NCBI GenBank assembly: GCA_938021205.1
Contig: CALIGI010000151.1
Coordinates: 2,818 to 66,817 of the forward strand
From: an uncultured Pseudanabaenaceae cyanobacterium
Lineage (GTDB): Bacteria; Cyanobacteriota; Cyanobacteriia; PCC-9006; JAAUQQ01
DNA: 64,000 nucleotides
Direction: 5' to 3'
Every line of letters starts with the position of its first letter. Within the stretch, counting starts at the first letter, position 1. The notes under the pieces were generated by a model. That model was given only the letters and a program-made list of their open reading frames with translations. It did not search any database and was not told the DNA's origin. Of the stretch, positions 46,814 to 56,720 are shown in pieces. A program made the translations under genes and the position numbers.

Positions 46814-49480
46814 CTAAGAACTCAAATTTATAGTGGGTAGACAATGGGTATCCAACTTTTGAACTCTTAAGCATTGATTTATGCCACCAATTGCTTGATT
46901 ATATTCATTCACTCGACCTTGAATTTCAAGTTTTAATTGCCCTCGCTTTGCCAAATACTCACTAGCATTTTCTTTTGCAATGCCTTCTAAACGCTTGCGT
47001 GCGTGTTCATATTGATCAACGATAGAATTCCTTAAGGTTCGGGATAGTTCTACGGATAAATGCTTTTTGAGTCTTTGATTAACCGATTGGCGAAAAGTTA
47101 GTTCAATAGTTTCATAGACTTTAGGCTCAAAGTCTAGTTTGAGAAGCTGGCGAATTCCATCCTCAGTACCAGTTAAGCCCTCATGATTAGATTTTTGTGA
47201 ATGCTGCTTTAGGATTTGACGAATATGACCAATAGAGAATGTTTCCTGGTCGTATAAAGGTAATTTTTCTTTTAAAAATGGATCACGCTGAGCATCTACT
47301 TCATTTAAAACTATCTGCTTTACTTCGTTTAACAAGCGTCTTGCTGCCTCTGGATCAGGAGTTGAACCCTCTATAAAAAGATTTAAAAAAGCATCCGCTA
47401 AAGCGTCTGTTCTGAACACCTTTTCAATAAAACTAAAGAAAAGACCACTGAATGCGCGTTTTGCTTCAGCCGCTAAAAATGCATCATAAAAACTAAGACT
47501 CTCTCTAATATAGCGATCACAGATAACATTTATTTCTCGTTCAACATCATTGATTGTATCATTCTTCTTCTGTAAAATATCTTGAATTATACCAGCATCA
47601 TGACCAATTAATTCGTTTAGAGCCAGATAGGAATCTGATTTTCGAACTCTATTTAATAGGCTTTCAAAAAAAGAGTTTATGACTTCTTTCGCTTCTTTCA
47701 CGAAAACGATTTCTATCGAGCTTGAAAGGAAATAGAAAGCTTCAACTAATACTCCTAAGAATGGGGCAGTAGAATTATCTCGAACTAGAGTTGCAGACTT
47801 ATATAGTTGTTGAACTGAGAGGTTTGAAAGAAGCTCATCTAGTTTTTTGATGATAGAGCTCTTAAGTCTCTGAAAAGAATCCTCAAAATTTGAATCTTCT
47901 CCAGCAATTACCTGAGAAACTACTTGCTCAATATCCATACTTATTGAATCCGAGATATCTTGAAGCTGTTGAAAAATTTGGTTTAATTGAGCAGATTCAA
48001 TCTCTTCTATTCTCTGTGATTGATTTCCCAAATCATGAAATTTTGAGGTGTAAAAATTCCTTAGGCTGGTAGATATTGGTTTTAAGTCATTGACTAAATC
48101 TTTAAATAATTGAGGGCGTTTTTCATCTTCCAAATAACGAGTAATTGTAGAGTTAAAGCCTATTTTTTCACCTTGATCTTCAATGCCACTGTCTTGAAGA
48201 AGTTTGTCAAGTATAGGAATCTCTAAGAGACCAAGAATAGCAAGATATTTTTGATTAGAAGATAAGTTAGCTAAGTTCTTATCACCATCAAATGGATTAA
48301 GACCAGAACCTTTAAGCTTAGGAGAAGAAAGACAATACTTATTGAATTCATATACAAATTGTGGGGTCTTCTCCTCCTTGTCTAAATCTTCATTACTGAT
48401 TGAGAAAATATCTCTCAAGCCCCAAGATTTATCTCGATTATTATTGTTTTTTACTCTACTACCATAAAAGCTAAGTAGTGCACTAGTTTTAAAGAGTCTT
48501 CCTTCCTCACAAGCAACTCTAAAATCAGAATTAATTAGATTTTTTAATCGATCTGAAAGTTCATTATTGTCCCAGGTGTCATCGATTCGATTGAAGACAT
48601 AGAAAACCCTATCGCGAATGCTCGGATTACTCCTCAATTTCTCGAGCAAGTCCATTTCTTCTATAGTCGGATCACCTGTTGAAGCTGCCTTGAGCACACA
48701 AATAATTGCCGATGTGTCAGGATCTTCTTCTATCTTGTCGTAAGTGATTTTGGCATCTTGTGCGACTGGTGCATCAATACCTGGAGTATCAACTAGGATA
48801 TTTCCATCCTCTAACAAGGAATGATTCAAATAATATTCAATCTTCTCCAGAACGGCAGCATTTGACCCATATCGTGCGTATTCAGCAGCACTCTCAAGAT
48901 TAGAAAGTTTAAGCTGCTCCATTGAATAAGGTGTTGGAGTATCCTGATGAATATTCCCTTGATTTTTCTTAAAGCCTTGTATCAAAAACACGAGTGACTG
49001 AGCTTGCCTTGCGGACTCTGAATGACTCTTTCCAGGTTCTTTATCGATGATTTCCCTACACTGCTTTAGTAAATTTTCGACCTCATTTCCTTGACTAATA
49101 TTTGATACAGGCTTGATCTCTAAAATCTCACATAGTGCATTCATTCTTGCTTGAATTTTCCTACGACTCATAAACGTAAGAACTACCTTCTCCGCTCCAA
49201 TTTCAGCATATTGAATGCGGCACTCTGTGCTGGTTGTATGCCCTTCAGAGCTATACAACAGCTCTTTACCCAAGACTGCATTAATGAGCATAGATTTGCC
49301 AGCACTAAAAGCACCAACAAAAACAATCTCAAAACTAGACGAAACTACTTTTTTGAGCGAAGCCTCTAAATATGAGATATCCTGCTTTGGAATATCATTC
49401 TCTTGATTAATTAGATACAATAGAGTATCGACACAAGTTTCTATATTTTGATATTCGAGCAAACCTGAGCTATCTTTCAT
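46814..49480 (-). CDS. Bacterial dynamin-like GTPase (888 aa)
   Basis: G1 is 'GAFSAGKSMLINAVLG', G2 is a Thr in 'EGHTTST', G3 is 'LVDTPGIDAP', and G4 is 'VFNRIDD'. A long helical stalk-like C-terminal region follows. The gene is markedly AT-rich relative to its neighbours. Confidence 0.85.
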   Translation of the reverse strand: MKDSSGLLEYQNIETCVDTLLYLINQENDIPKQDISYLEASLKKVVSSSFEIVFVGAFSAGKSMLINAVLGKELLYSSEGHTTSTECRIQYAEIGAEKVVLTFMSRRKIQARMNALCEILEIKPVSNISQGNEVENLLKQCREIIDKEPGKSHSESARQAQSLVFLIQGFKKNQGNIHQDTPTPYSMEQLKLSNLESAAEYARYGSNAAVLEKIEYYLNHSLLEDGNILVDTPGIDAPVAQDAKITYDKIEEDPDTSAIICVLKAASTGDPTIEEMDLLEKLRSNPSIRDRVFYVFNRIDDTWDNNELSDRLKNLINSDFRVACEEGRLFKTSALLSFYGSRVKNNNNRDKSWGLRDIFSISNEDLDKEEKTPQFVYEFNKYCLSSPKLKGSGLNPFDGDKNLANLSSNQKYLAILGLLEIPILDKLLQDSGIEDQGEKIGFNSTITRYLEDEKRPQLFKDLVNDLKPISTSLRNFYTSKFHDLGNQSQRIEEIESAQLNQIFQQLQDISDSISMDIEQVVSQVIAGEDSNFEDSFQRLKSSIIKKLDELLSNLSVQQLYKSATLVRDNSTAPFLGVLVEAFYFLSSSIEIVFVKEAKEVINSFFESLLNRVRKSDSYLALNELIGHDAGIIQDILQKKNDTINDVEREINVICDRYIRESLSFYDAFLAAEAKRAFSGLFFSFIEKVFRTDALADAFLNLFIEGSTPDPEAARRLLNEVKQIVLNEVDAQRDPFLKEKLPLYDQETFSIGHIRQILKQHSQKSNHEGLTGTEDGIRQLLKLDFEPKVYETIELTFRQSVNQRLKKHLSVELSRTLRNSIVDQYEHARKRLEGIAKENASEYLAKRGQLKLEIQGRVNEYNQAIGGINQCLRVQKLDTHCLPTINLSS

Positions 49481-49588
49481 TTACCTTTCTTCCTTGGATG
49501 GATTGTTAATTTAGGTTATGTTTTTCTTGAAATAAAATTAATAAATTTAAATTTGACCAAGTCTCTTGTCGACTTGAAATAATAGTTG

Positions 49589-50260
49589 TCATGACGGGTT
49601 TATACCTTCCATCTTGGTTTGGTAAATAATTGCTCTAGATATATCAATACCCTGTAACAATGAGTGACTTAAATCTGCGCTGGTTAAATCAGTCTCAATC
49701 AGCGTTGCATAACTTAGATTAGAATTACTGAGATTTGAACCAACAAAACTTGTATGACTTAAATCAGCTTCCCTAAGGTCTGCTCCAGCTAAGTCAGAGG
49801 CTAAAAATGAGCTGCGGCTTAGACATGCCTTCCGTAAAACGGCTCCTCTTAAATTCACTCCAATTATATAGAGCCCTTGCAGGCTTGCTCCAGTTAAATC
49901 AACTTCATTGAAGCATCGTTCTCCTGCATTGTATCGCCTTAGAAAATCATCAGCACTCAACCGTAGCGTATTGATTTCAGTGGCACCATGCATACTCTGG
50001 ATAGAGTTGGCATAGCCTCGCAACAAGCTTTTGCCTGAAGTATTTGCATCTATCTCAACAGCATTTGATTCCTGAATATTATCTGCTGGAGAGAGTAGAT
50101 TAGAGCTGTTAACTGATTTTGAACTAACCAATTCACCGGAATCGAAAGGCAACTTTTTTTCATAATTTCCTAAAGTTTTATTATTTATTGTCACACCTTC
50201 TTGAGCCAAGAGATACCACGCCAATAGGATGATTAAAAGAGCTATTAATATGTAAATCAT
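49589..50260 (-). CDS. Membrane-anchored pentapeptide-repeat protein
   Basis: The N-terminal helix is MIYILIALLIILLAWYLLA. The C-terminal ~100 aa are A(D/N)LxX repeats (DLTGASLQGLYIIGVNLRGAVLRKACLSRSSFLASDLAGADLREADLSHTSFVGSNLSNSNLSYATLIETDLTSADLSHSLLQGIDIS). It lies 108 nt upstream of the dynamin gene on the same strand. Confidence 0.85.
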   Translation of the reverse strand: MIYILIALLIILLAWYLLAQEGVTINNKTLGNYEKKLPFDSGELVSSKSVNSSNLLSPADNIQESNAVEIDANTSGKSLLRGYANSIQSMHGATEINTLRLSADDFLRRYNAGERCFNEVDLTGASLQGLYIIGVNLRGAVLRKACLSRSSFLASDLAGADLREADLSHTSFVGSNLSNSNLSYATLIETDLTSADLSHSLLQGIDISRAIIYQTKMEGINPS

Positions 50261-50739
50261 TTATGGTTTTGCTTTCTCTGAGTTGACCAACAATAATCAC
50301 TTCTCCTAAATATTAGGGAGTATAGTATTTGGTGATGCAAAACATTAAAGAGTGAAAGATCACATCCTTTATTTGGGCGCACAAAATCAGAGTCTTTCAA
50401 GTAGTAAGTTGATGCTTTATCATGAATTAAAACTCAAAAGCTTGAATTTGTACTCAATCTACTGTTAGTTGTATTGTCTGACAGAAAATCTCGTGCTTGC
50501 ACTAAGATCTAAATTGAATCACTCCCGTCATCCTCTTCCAAAATTAAGGAGTAGATCAGAACTTAACAGTCTATTTACCTGTTAAGCCTTGTTATGACGA
50601 TGCAATTCTGCATCACAATTCTAATGTAGGTCGTTATGCAGAAAATCATCATCCTAACTAACAAAATTGTTACATTTAATCCTGCTACTGTCGCACTAAA
50701 ACTTGAACCATGGAGCTACTGCCCAATATTGAGGTTCCT

Positions 50740-50769
50740 GTAAAAGAGTTCAGAGCTATCGCCCTGAAC
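50740..50769 (-). terminator. Hairpin + T-run (array intergenic module, copy B)
   Basis: The minus strand reads GTTCAGGGC-gata-GCTCTGAAC followed by TCTTTTAC. It is homologous to the hairpins at 51798-51819 and 52467-52488, with compensatory base changes. Confidence 0.5.
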
Positions 50770-50833
50770 TTTAGTTTAAGCGATCGCCCATAGCTCTCTC
50801 AATGTCAGACAAACCAACGCTAGAATTCTAGCG

Positions 50834-51196
50834 TCAACACAAGGCCACAATAAATTTGCCCAACAGGTACGCTAAAATCAAGCAGGGGTAGGTAATGTGT
50901 TGTGTTGTGCCCTGATCTCGATGATCGCAGGTCACACTGGCATCTGGATAAACATAGTCATCTGTATTAAGAATGTTGACTCTAATATCCGAATTACCAG
51001 TGATGCAATCACCCTCTGACAGATGAGCATCAAGCATCGAAGTCAAGCGAATGGCAATGCGGCCATGGTTGACCGTCCCGCTACTCATGGCATAAACCTG
51101 ACCGTCAATATACTCATGCTTTTCGAGCTGCTGCTCTTCCCAAGCAAAGTACTCCTCAGGCGTGAGCTGTGGTGACTTATCCTTCGCAGCAACCAT
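50834..51196 (-). pseudogene. Uma2 (DUF820) family endonuclease gene with internal deletion
   Basis: The first ~107 aa are closely similar to the 192-aa paralog at 51870-52448 (SPQLTPEEYFAWEE.QLEKHEYI.GQVYAMS...YPCLI). The frame then jumps to sequence homologous to the paralog's stop region, so the core with the catalytic E/K region is missing. Confidence 0.7.
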
Positions 51197-51199
51197 GAT

Positions 51200-51775
51200 T
51201 TATCCCAAAGCCCCCCGAAATGTCCGCGCTGCCTCTACTCGCGAATTCATCAACACACAACGCGTCAATAGCTCAAAATCCAACTCAGGAAACAGCTCAC
51301 TCCTCGTCACCTGCTCATAGCCATCCCTGCCCAGGCAATGCACCGCAAACAAACCATCCTCCCAGAACCAAACCTCCTTCACGCCCAGCACCGCATATCG
51401 CGCCAGCTTACTCGGTCCCCCACTGGAAAACACCACCTCAACCGACAGATCCGGAATTGCCTTCTGTTCCCCTAAGCAGTAAGACTCATCCGCCTGTGCT
51501 GAAGCCGCCCCATCCTTCTCCTGATTCATCGAGCCCGTTGGCGTAAACTCAATCCCCTTCTCCACCAGGAAAATTTCAATCAGCATCCCAATGATGCTCT
51601 TGTAAATCTCATGCTCCGGACTGACCGTCAAAATCTCTACCGTCCCGCTCAAATAAAACAGCCGCACATTGGGGCAGCCCGCAAACCCTTCCTGAATTTT
51701 CTTAAACCGCTCCCAGGGAATGCCTCGCTGGCCAATCCACTGATCCTGCTGCTTTCGCTCTAAAAGTTGAACCAT
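51200..51775 (-). CDS. Uma2 (DUF820) family endonuclease, type B
   Basis: From the ATG at 51775 the protein reads MVQLLERKQQDQW...RLFYLSGTVEILTVSPEHE...IPDLSVEVV. The PD-(D/E)xK-like pattern is typical of Uma2. The ORF opens at 51862, but that stretch is the conserved intergenic module. Confidence 0.8.
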   Translation of the reverse strand: MVQLLERKQQDQWIGQRGIPWERFKKIQEGFAGCPNVRLFYLSGTVEILTVSPEHEIYKSIIGMLIEIFLVEKGIEFTPTGSMNQEKDGAASAQADESYCLGEQKAIPDLSVEVVFSSGGPSKLARYAVLGVKEVWFWEDGLFAVHCLGRDGYEQVTRSELFPELDFELLTRCVLMNSRVEAARTFRGALG

Positions 51776-51789
51776 GATGTTGTTGCTCA

Positions 51790-51819
51790 ATAAAGGAAGC
51801 CAGAGCCAAAGCCCCAGCT
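51790..51819 (-). terminator. Hairpin + T-rich tract (array intergenic module, copy A)
   Basis: The minus strand reads AGCTGGGGC-tttg-GCTCTGGCT (G-U pairs allowed) followed by TCCTTTATT. Confidence 0.45.
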
Positions 51820-51869
51820 TGTAGTTTTGCGCGATCGCCCATACTCCCCTCGATATGAGCAAACAAACG

Positions 51870-52448
51870 CTACGACTCTGGATTCAAAGTAAGACCGCGA
51901 TAGACCTGCTCAACCGGAAAACTAAGATTGATACTTTTCAGCTCAATCACATCCCCTGCTTGATAATTCAGAATGATCCAATCACCCGTATCTTGTTTTT
52001 GATATAGATCTATTTCAATACTGGTGGAACTAACCAACAGGTAATCCAGTAGAACTGGATTATTCCGATACATTCTGAACTTCCCCCCCCGATCATAGGC
52101 TTCCGTGCTCTTAGATAGCACCTCCACAATCAGACAGGGATAAGTGATGTATTGCGTTGTGTCTTGGTCCCGCTCATCACAGGTAACACTGACATCTGGA
52201 TAAGTGTAGTCATTCGTCCCAGCAATATTGACCCTCAAATCTGAATTGCCTGTTTCACAGCCGTTTCCCTCTAAATGGTTGGCAAAGGTCGTGATAAGTC
52301 GGACAGCAATCAGACTATGGTTTTTGCTGCCGCCACTCATGGCATAAACCTGGCCACCAATATACTCATGCTTTTCGAGCTGCTTTTCTTCCCAAGCAAA
52401 GTACTCTTCAGGTGTGAGTTGGGGTGAGTTCTCTTTTACAGCAATCAT
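51870..52448 (-). CDS. Uma2 (DUF820) family endonuclease, type A
   Basis: 192 aa. Reads '..EYIGGQVYAMSGGSKNHSLI...YPDVSVTCDERD...PCLIVEVLSKST..YDRGGKFRMY'. Confidence 0.85.
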   Translation of the reverse strand: MIAVKENSPQLTPEEYFAWEEKQLEKHEYIGGQVYAMSGGSKNHSLIAVRLITTFANHLEGNGCETGNSDLRVNIAGTNDYTYPDVSVTCDERDQDTTQYITYPCLIVEVLSKSTEAYDRGGKFRMYRNNPVLLDYLLVSSTSIEIDLYQKQDTGDWIILNYQAGDVIELKSINLSFPVEQVYRGLTLNPES

Positions 52449-52460
52449 GATTGAGCACCC

Positions 52461-52488
52461 AAAAAGGCCAGAGCCGAAGCCCTGACCT
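52461..52488 (-). terminator. Rho-independent terminator downstream of metH (array intergenic module, copy C)
   Basis: The minus strand reads GGTCAGGGC-ttcg-GCTCTGGCC followed by TTTTTGGG. It lies about 60 nt after the metH stop. Confidence 0.7.
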
Positions 52489-52545
52489 TTAGTATAAGCG
52501 ATCTACTCAGACGAGGGGCGATCGTTCAGTCTCTCGATGCCAACC

Positions 52546-55500
52546 CTACGCGCTAAAGTACTTCGCCACAGGGTGATAGGTCATCAACGCCGTCGTCGAT
52601 TCCTCAGGGAAAAGCTGCTCACTCTCATCCATCGTCATCTTGATCCGGTCAGCGCCAAGAATCTCTAGCTGCTGCGCCTGATCCGCCACATTGGGACAAG
52701 CCGGATAGCCAAAGCTATAGCGGCTACCCTGATAACGCTGCGCCAACATATCGCGAATATTATCCGGCTCCTGGTCGCCATAGCCCAGCTCCTTCCGCAC
52801 CCGCGCATGGCACCACTCCGCCATGGCCTCCGCCACCTGCACCGCGAGGCCGTGGAAGTAGAGGTAGTCCGTGTACTTGTCATCGGCAAAGAGCTTGCGA
52901 GCGTAGTCTGCGGTGATGTGCCCCACCGTCACCGCCTGCATGGGGAAGCAGTCGAATTCATTCTGCTCAATCGGGCGGAAGAAGTCGGCGATGCACATCC
53001 GACGCAGGGACTTCTGACGAGGGAAGGTCCAGGTAAACTTGGGCGTCGCATCTTTAGGCGTGAGGCCCTGCTCAATCACCTCGGGCTCGTAGACATGAAC
53101 CGAATTGCCTTCCGCGACGCAGGGAAAATAGCCATAGACCAGTTGTGGATGCATTAGGTCTTCGTCTTTGACCTTTTGCTTCCATTCCTTCAGCACAGGG
53201 TAGACCTTCTCTGCCAAGAAAGCATCGTACTCTTCCCGGCTCTGGCCCTTGGGCTTACGGAACTGCCATTGACCGGCAATCAGCGCCTGCATATCAAGAT
53301 GCCAGTACAACTCATCCATGTCGAAGTCTTCTGGCTTCAGCACCTTGCTGCCCCAGAAAGGAGGATTGGGGCGGGGGATATCGATGTCCACAGCTTCGGA
53401 GCGTTCGGTGCTGATGACCTCTGGTTCTTTGGGCTCTTTCTTGACGTTCATTTGTAGGGCAGCTTCGGCGGCGGCGATCGCTGCTTTCCCTTTCTGGTTG
53501 TACTGGGCAAATTCTCCAATAAACCCTTCTTCATCCACCCAGCTCTCCGCCTGCTTCGCAGGCATCAGCTGATCCATGAAGTTCAAATCAGCAAAGGCAT
53601 CCTTGCCATAGATCACCTGGCCGCCATACACCGCCTGACAATCCCGATAGACAAACTTCGGCGTCAGCGCAGCACCACCCAGAATCACCGGCACATTGAT
53701 GCCCTTTTCTTTGAAAGCAGACAAGTTGTCCTTCATAAAGGCCGTGGATTTCACCAACAGGCCGCTCATGGCGATGCAATCCGGCTTGTGCTTCTCGTAA
53801 GCCTCAACGATCGCATCCAGCGGCTGTTTAATACCCAGGTTGATTACCTTATAACCGTTGTTGGTCAAGATAATATCCACCAGGTTCTTGCCGATGTCAT
53901 GAACATCACCCTTCACCGTGGCAATCAAGAACTTGCCCTTACCGGAGTCATCCTGGCCTTCCACCTTCTCCATGAAAGGCTCCAGGAAGGCCACCGCAGA
54001 CTTCATCGTTTCTGCAGATTGCAGTACGAACGGCAACTGCATTTGACCAGAGCCAAACAGTTCCCCCACCACCTTCATGCCATCGAGCAAGAAGACGTTA
54101 ACGATATGCAGAGGTGCATTGCCTTCATCCAACGCCTGCTGCAAGGCATCTTCCAAACCGATACGCTCGCCATCGATGATGTGCTGCTTGAGCCGCTCAT
54201 CCATGGGCAAGTCTGCCAGGGAAGCGCTGCTACGGGCCTCCTTAGTTGAGACGCCTTCGAACATCGTCGTCAGCTTGCCCAGAGGATCGTAGGTGCAAAT
54301 ATCACCCTCAAACCGGCGATTGTCATAGATCAGATCTTTGCAAATCTGCTGATGCTCGGGGTCAATTTTGTTCAGGGGCAAAATCTTCGCCGCCGAGACG
54401 ATCGCCCCGTCCATGCCCAACTGCATGGCCTCATTCAAGAACATCGAGTTAAGGGTAATCCGCGCCGCTGGGTTCAAACCAAAGGAGACGTTGGAAACAC
54501 CCAACATGAAGTGAACCTTGGGCAGGGCCTCACTAATCATCTTGATCGATTCAATCGTCGCCTTGGCGTTCTCTCGGTCTTCCTCAATACCGGTGGAAAT
54601 GGGCAGGGCCAAGGTGTCGAAGAACAGCTCATGGGGCGGTAGGCCAAACTCCAGCGCATCGCGGTAGGCACGCTGGGCAATCTCAAACTTCTTCTGGGCG
54701 GTGCGAGCCATGCCATCTTCATCAATACAGCCGATGACCACGCCAGCACCATATTGCTTAGCCAACTCCAGCACCTTAAAGAAGCGCTCATCGCCATCCT
54801 CATAGTTAGTGGAGTTGAGGATGCATTTGCCACCTGCAACTTTCAGACCCGCTTCCATCTTCTGCCACTCCGTGGAGTCCAGCATTAGGGGCAGGGTGAC
54901 GTTGGTAACTAGGCGAGAGACAATTTCCTTCATGTCCCGCTCGCCGTCGCGACCGACGTAGTCCACGTTGACGTCGAGAATGTGGGCACCCTCTTTTACC
55001 TGAGTTTTAGCGATCGCCATCAACCCATCCCAATCATCCTCATTTAGCAGCTCCCGCACCTTGCGAGAACCACTGGCATTCAAACGCTCACCCACAATCA
55101 AGAACGAATTGTCCTGGTCATAGGGCTGGGGCGAATAAATCGACGCTGCCGAAGGCACAAACTTAAAGGGTGGGCGACCCTCATCGGTATTCATGCCAGG
55201 CTTGCGCACCTCTCGCTCTGCGGGAGTCAGCTCATTAGACAATTCTGCTAGAGCCGCAATGTGAGTCGGTCGGGTGCCACAGCAACCGCCAATCACCTGC
55301 ACCCCCAGATCCTCCACGAAATGCATCAGGTGCATGCGCAGCTCAGTGGGCGTCAAACGATAATGCGCTTGGCCACCCACGTTTTCTGGCAAGCCTGCAT
55401 TAGGCACACAGGAGACAACAAAGGGGGAGTTCTCGGACAGATATTTGATGTGCTCCTTCATTTCTGTGGGGCCAGTAGCGCAGTTCAGGCCCAAGACATC

Positions 55501-56163
55501 AATGGGATAGGGCTCCAAAATACTCAGGGCAGCACCCATCTCCGAGCCCACCAGCATCGTGCCCATCTGCTCCATGGTGACCGAGACCATCAGGGGGAGG
55601 CGATCGCCCTTCTTCTCAAACACCTCTTCAATGGCATTCAGCGCTGCCTTAATCTGCAAGACATCCTGGCAAGTCTCCACCAGCATCAGATCCACGCCGC
55701 CGTCATAGAGCCCTTCAATTTGCTCCACATAGGCATTACGCAGGGTGTCAAAATCAATATGGCCTAGGGTCGGCAGCTTCGTGCCAGGACCAATGGAGCC
55801 TGCGACAAAGCGAGGCTTCTCGGGAGTGGAGAACTCAGCCGTCACGCTCCTAGCCAGCTCAGCCGCTTTTTTATTGAGTTCATAGGCGCGATCGGCCAGG
55901 TCATACTCTGCCAATACCAATGCCGTGCCGCCGAAAGTATCGGTCTCAATGACATCTGCCCCCGCTTCCAAAAACTGGCGGTGAACCGTGGCGACAGATT
56001 CAGGCTTTGTCTCCACCAGGTACTCGTTACAGCCTTCGTATTCTGCTCCGCCAAAGTCCTCCGCTGTCAGCTCCTGAACTTGCAGGTTTGTGCCCATGGC
56101 ACCGTCGAAGACTAGAACGGGACGCTCAGGGCTGTGGAGGCGATCGAGGAACTGACTACGCAT
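52546..56163 (-). CDS. metH: Cobalamin-dependent methionine synthase
   Basis: 1205 aa. The Hcy-binding domain ('LVFDGAMGT', 'GGCCGT'), pterin-binding domain, B12-binding motif '[11 protein letters not shown]', and C-terminal AdoMet activation domain are all recognisable. Confidence 0.95.
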   Translation of the reverse strand: MRSQFLDRLHSPERPVLVFDGAMGTNLQVQELTAEDFGGAEYEGCNEYLVETKPESVATVHRQFLEAGADVIETDTFGGTALVLAEYDLADRAYELNKKAAELARSVTAEFSTPEKPRFVAGSIGPGTKLPTLGHIDFDTLRNAYVEQIEGLYDGGVDLMLVETCQDVLQIKAALNAIEEVFEKKGDRLPLMVSVTMEQMGTMLVGSEMGAALSILEPYPIDVLGLNCATGPTEMKEHIKYLSENSPFVVSCVPNAGLPENVGGQAHYRLTPTELRMHLMHFVEDLGVQVIGGCCGTRPTHIAALAELSNELTPAEREVRKPGMNTDEGRPPFKFVPSAASIYSPQPYDQDNSFLIVGERLNASGSRKVRELLNEDDWDGLMAIAKTQVKEGAHILDVNVDYVGRDGERDMKEIVSRLVTNVTLPLMLDSTEWQKMEAGLKVAGGKCILNSTNYEDGDERFFKVLELAKQYGAGVVIGCIDEDGMARTAQKKFEIAQRAYRDALEFGLPPHELFFDTLALPISTGIEEDRENAKATIESIKMISEALPKVHFMLGVSNVSFGLNPAARITLNSMFLNEAMQLGMDGAIVSAAKILPLNKIDPEHQQICKDLIYDNRRFEGDICTYDPLGKLTTMFEGVSTKEARSSASLADLPMDERLKQHIIDGERIGLEDALQQALDEGNAPLHIVNVFLLDGMKVVGELFGSGQMQLPFVLQSAETMKSAVAFLEPFMEKVEGQDDSGKGKFLIATVKGDVHDIGKNLVDIILTNNGYKVINLGIKQPLDAIVEAYEKHKPDCIAMSGLLVKSTAFMKDNLSAFKEKGINVPVILGGAALTPKFVYRDCQAVYGGQVIYGKDAFADLNFMDQLMPAKQAESWVDEEGFIGEFAQYNQKGKAAIAAAEAALQMNVKKEPKEPEVISTERSEAVDIDIPRPNPPFWGSKVLKPEDFDMDELYWHLDMQALIAGQWQFRKPKGQSREEYDAFLAEKVYPVLKEWKQKVKDEDLMHPQLVYGYFPCVAEGNSVHVYEPEVIEQGLTPKDATPKFTWTFPRQKSLRRMCIADFFRPIEQNEFDCFPMQAVTVGHITADYARKLFADDKYTDYLYFHGLAVQVAEAMAEWCHARVRKELGYGDQEPDNIRDMLAQRYQGSRYSFGYPACPNVADQAQQLEILGADRIKMTMDESEQLFPEESTTALMTYHPVAKYFSA

Positions 56164-56429
56164 AGCTGTCTTTTTAATATGTAGAGCTAGAACTTTGTGA
56201 GAAGCGTTCTATGGATAGAAAGGAGCGCTTAGGAGATTAAATTAGGGGGAAGCAACAATCATTTACATTTTACGCAGATTCGCCGTAATTTTGCCGTAAT
56301 AGCATGGGGGCAGCCTCCTTAGGTAGCATCAATTAACTCCAATTCAACATCCACCAGCATTGCTGGATAATATAGGTTTCCCAGGGCTACGTTGTGATTC
56401 TCCTATCAATGAAAATCAAAGGCGACCCA

Positions 56430-56720
56430 CTAACGCCGAATTTTGAAATCTTCAAATCCAGTCGCAGTCGTGGGTTCAGCAATCACATCTTCAACTTTGG
56501 CTGACAGAGGCCCTCCATGACACCACCTCAGCATGCTCTGGATTGCCTTAGCTTCTCCCTCGAACCAAGCCTCCACTCGACCATCTTTCAAGTTTTGCAC
56601 CCAACCCTTGATATTCAATTGCCTGGCTTGTCGATAAGTGTTGTAGCGATAGCCCACGCCCTGAACTCGCCCTGAGATAAAAACATGGACGCAGTTGGGC
56701 AAATGTTCCGCTTCAATCAT
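56430..56720 (-). CDS. acyP: Acylphosphatase
   Basis: 96 aa with 'VFISGRVQGVGYRYNTYRQARQLNIKGWVQNLKDGRVE'. Confidence 0.85.
   Translation of the reverse strand: MIEAEHLPNCVHVFISGRVQGVGYRYNTYRQARQLNIKGWVQNLKDGRVEAWFEGEAKAIQSMLRWCHGGPLSAKVEDVIAEPTTATGFEDFKIRR

Noticed and set aside
46727-52502. Interpreting the conserved TTAAACT/TTATACT in the Uma2 intergenic 17-mer as the -10 promoter box of each Uma2 gene.
   Set aside because: The hexamer sits only 2 nt upstream of the terminator hairpin, so a transcript starting 6-8 nt downstream would begin inside the stem. The promoter role is kept as unexplained rather than called.
56164-56429. Possible cobalamin riboswitch in the metH leader.
   Set aside because: No B12-box-like sequence or the characteristic multi-stem junction was seen. 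B12 riboswitches usually control metE or transport genes rather than metH.
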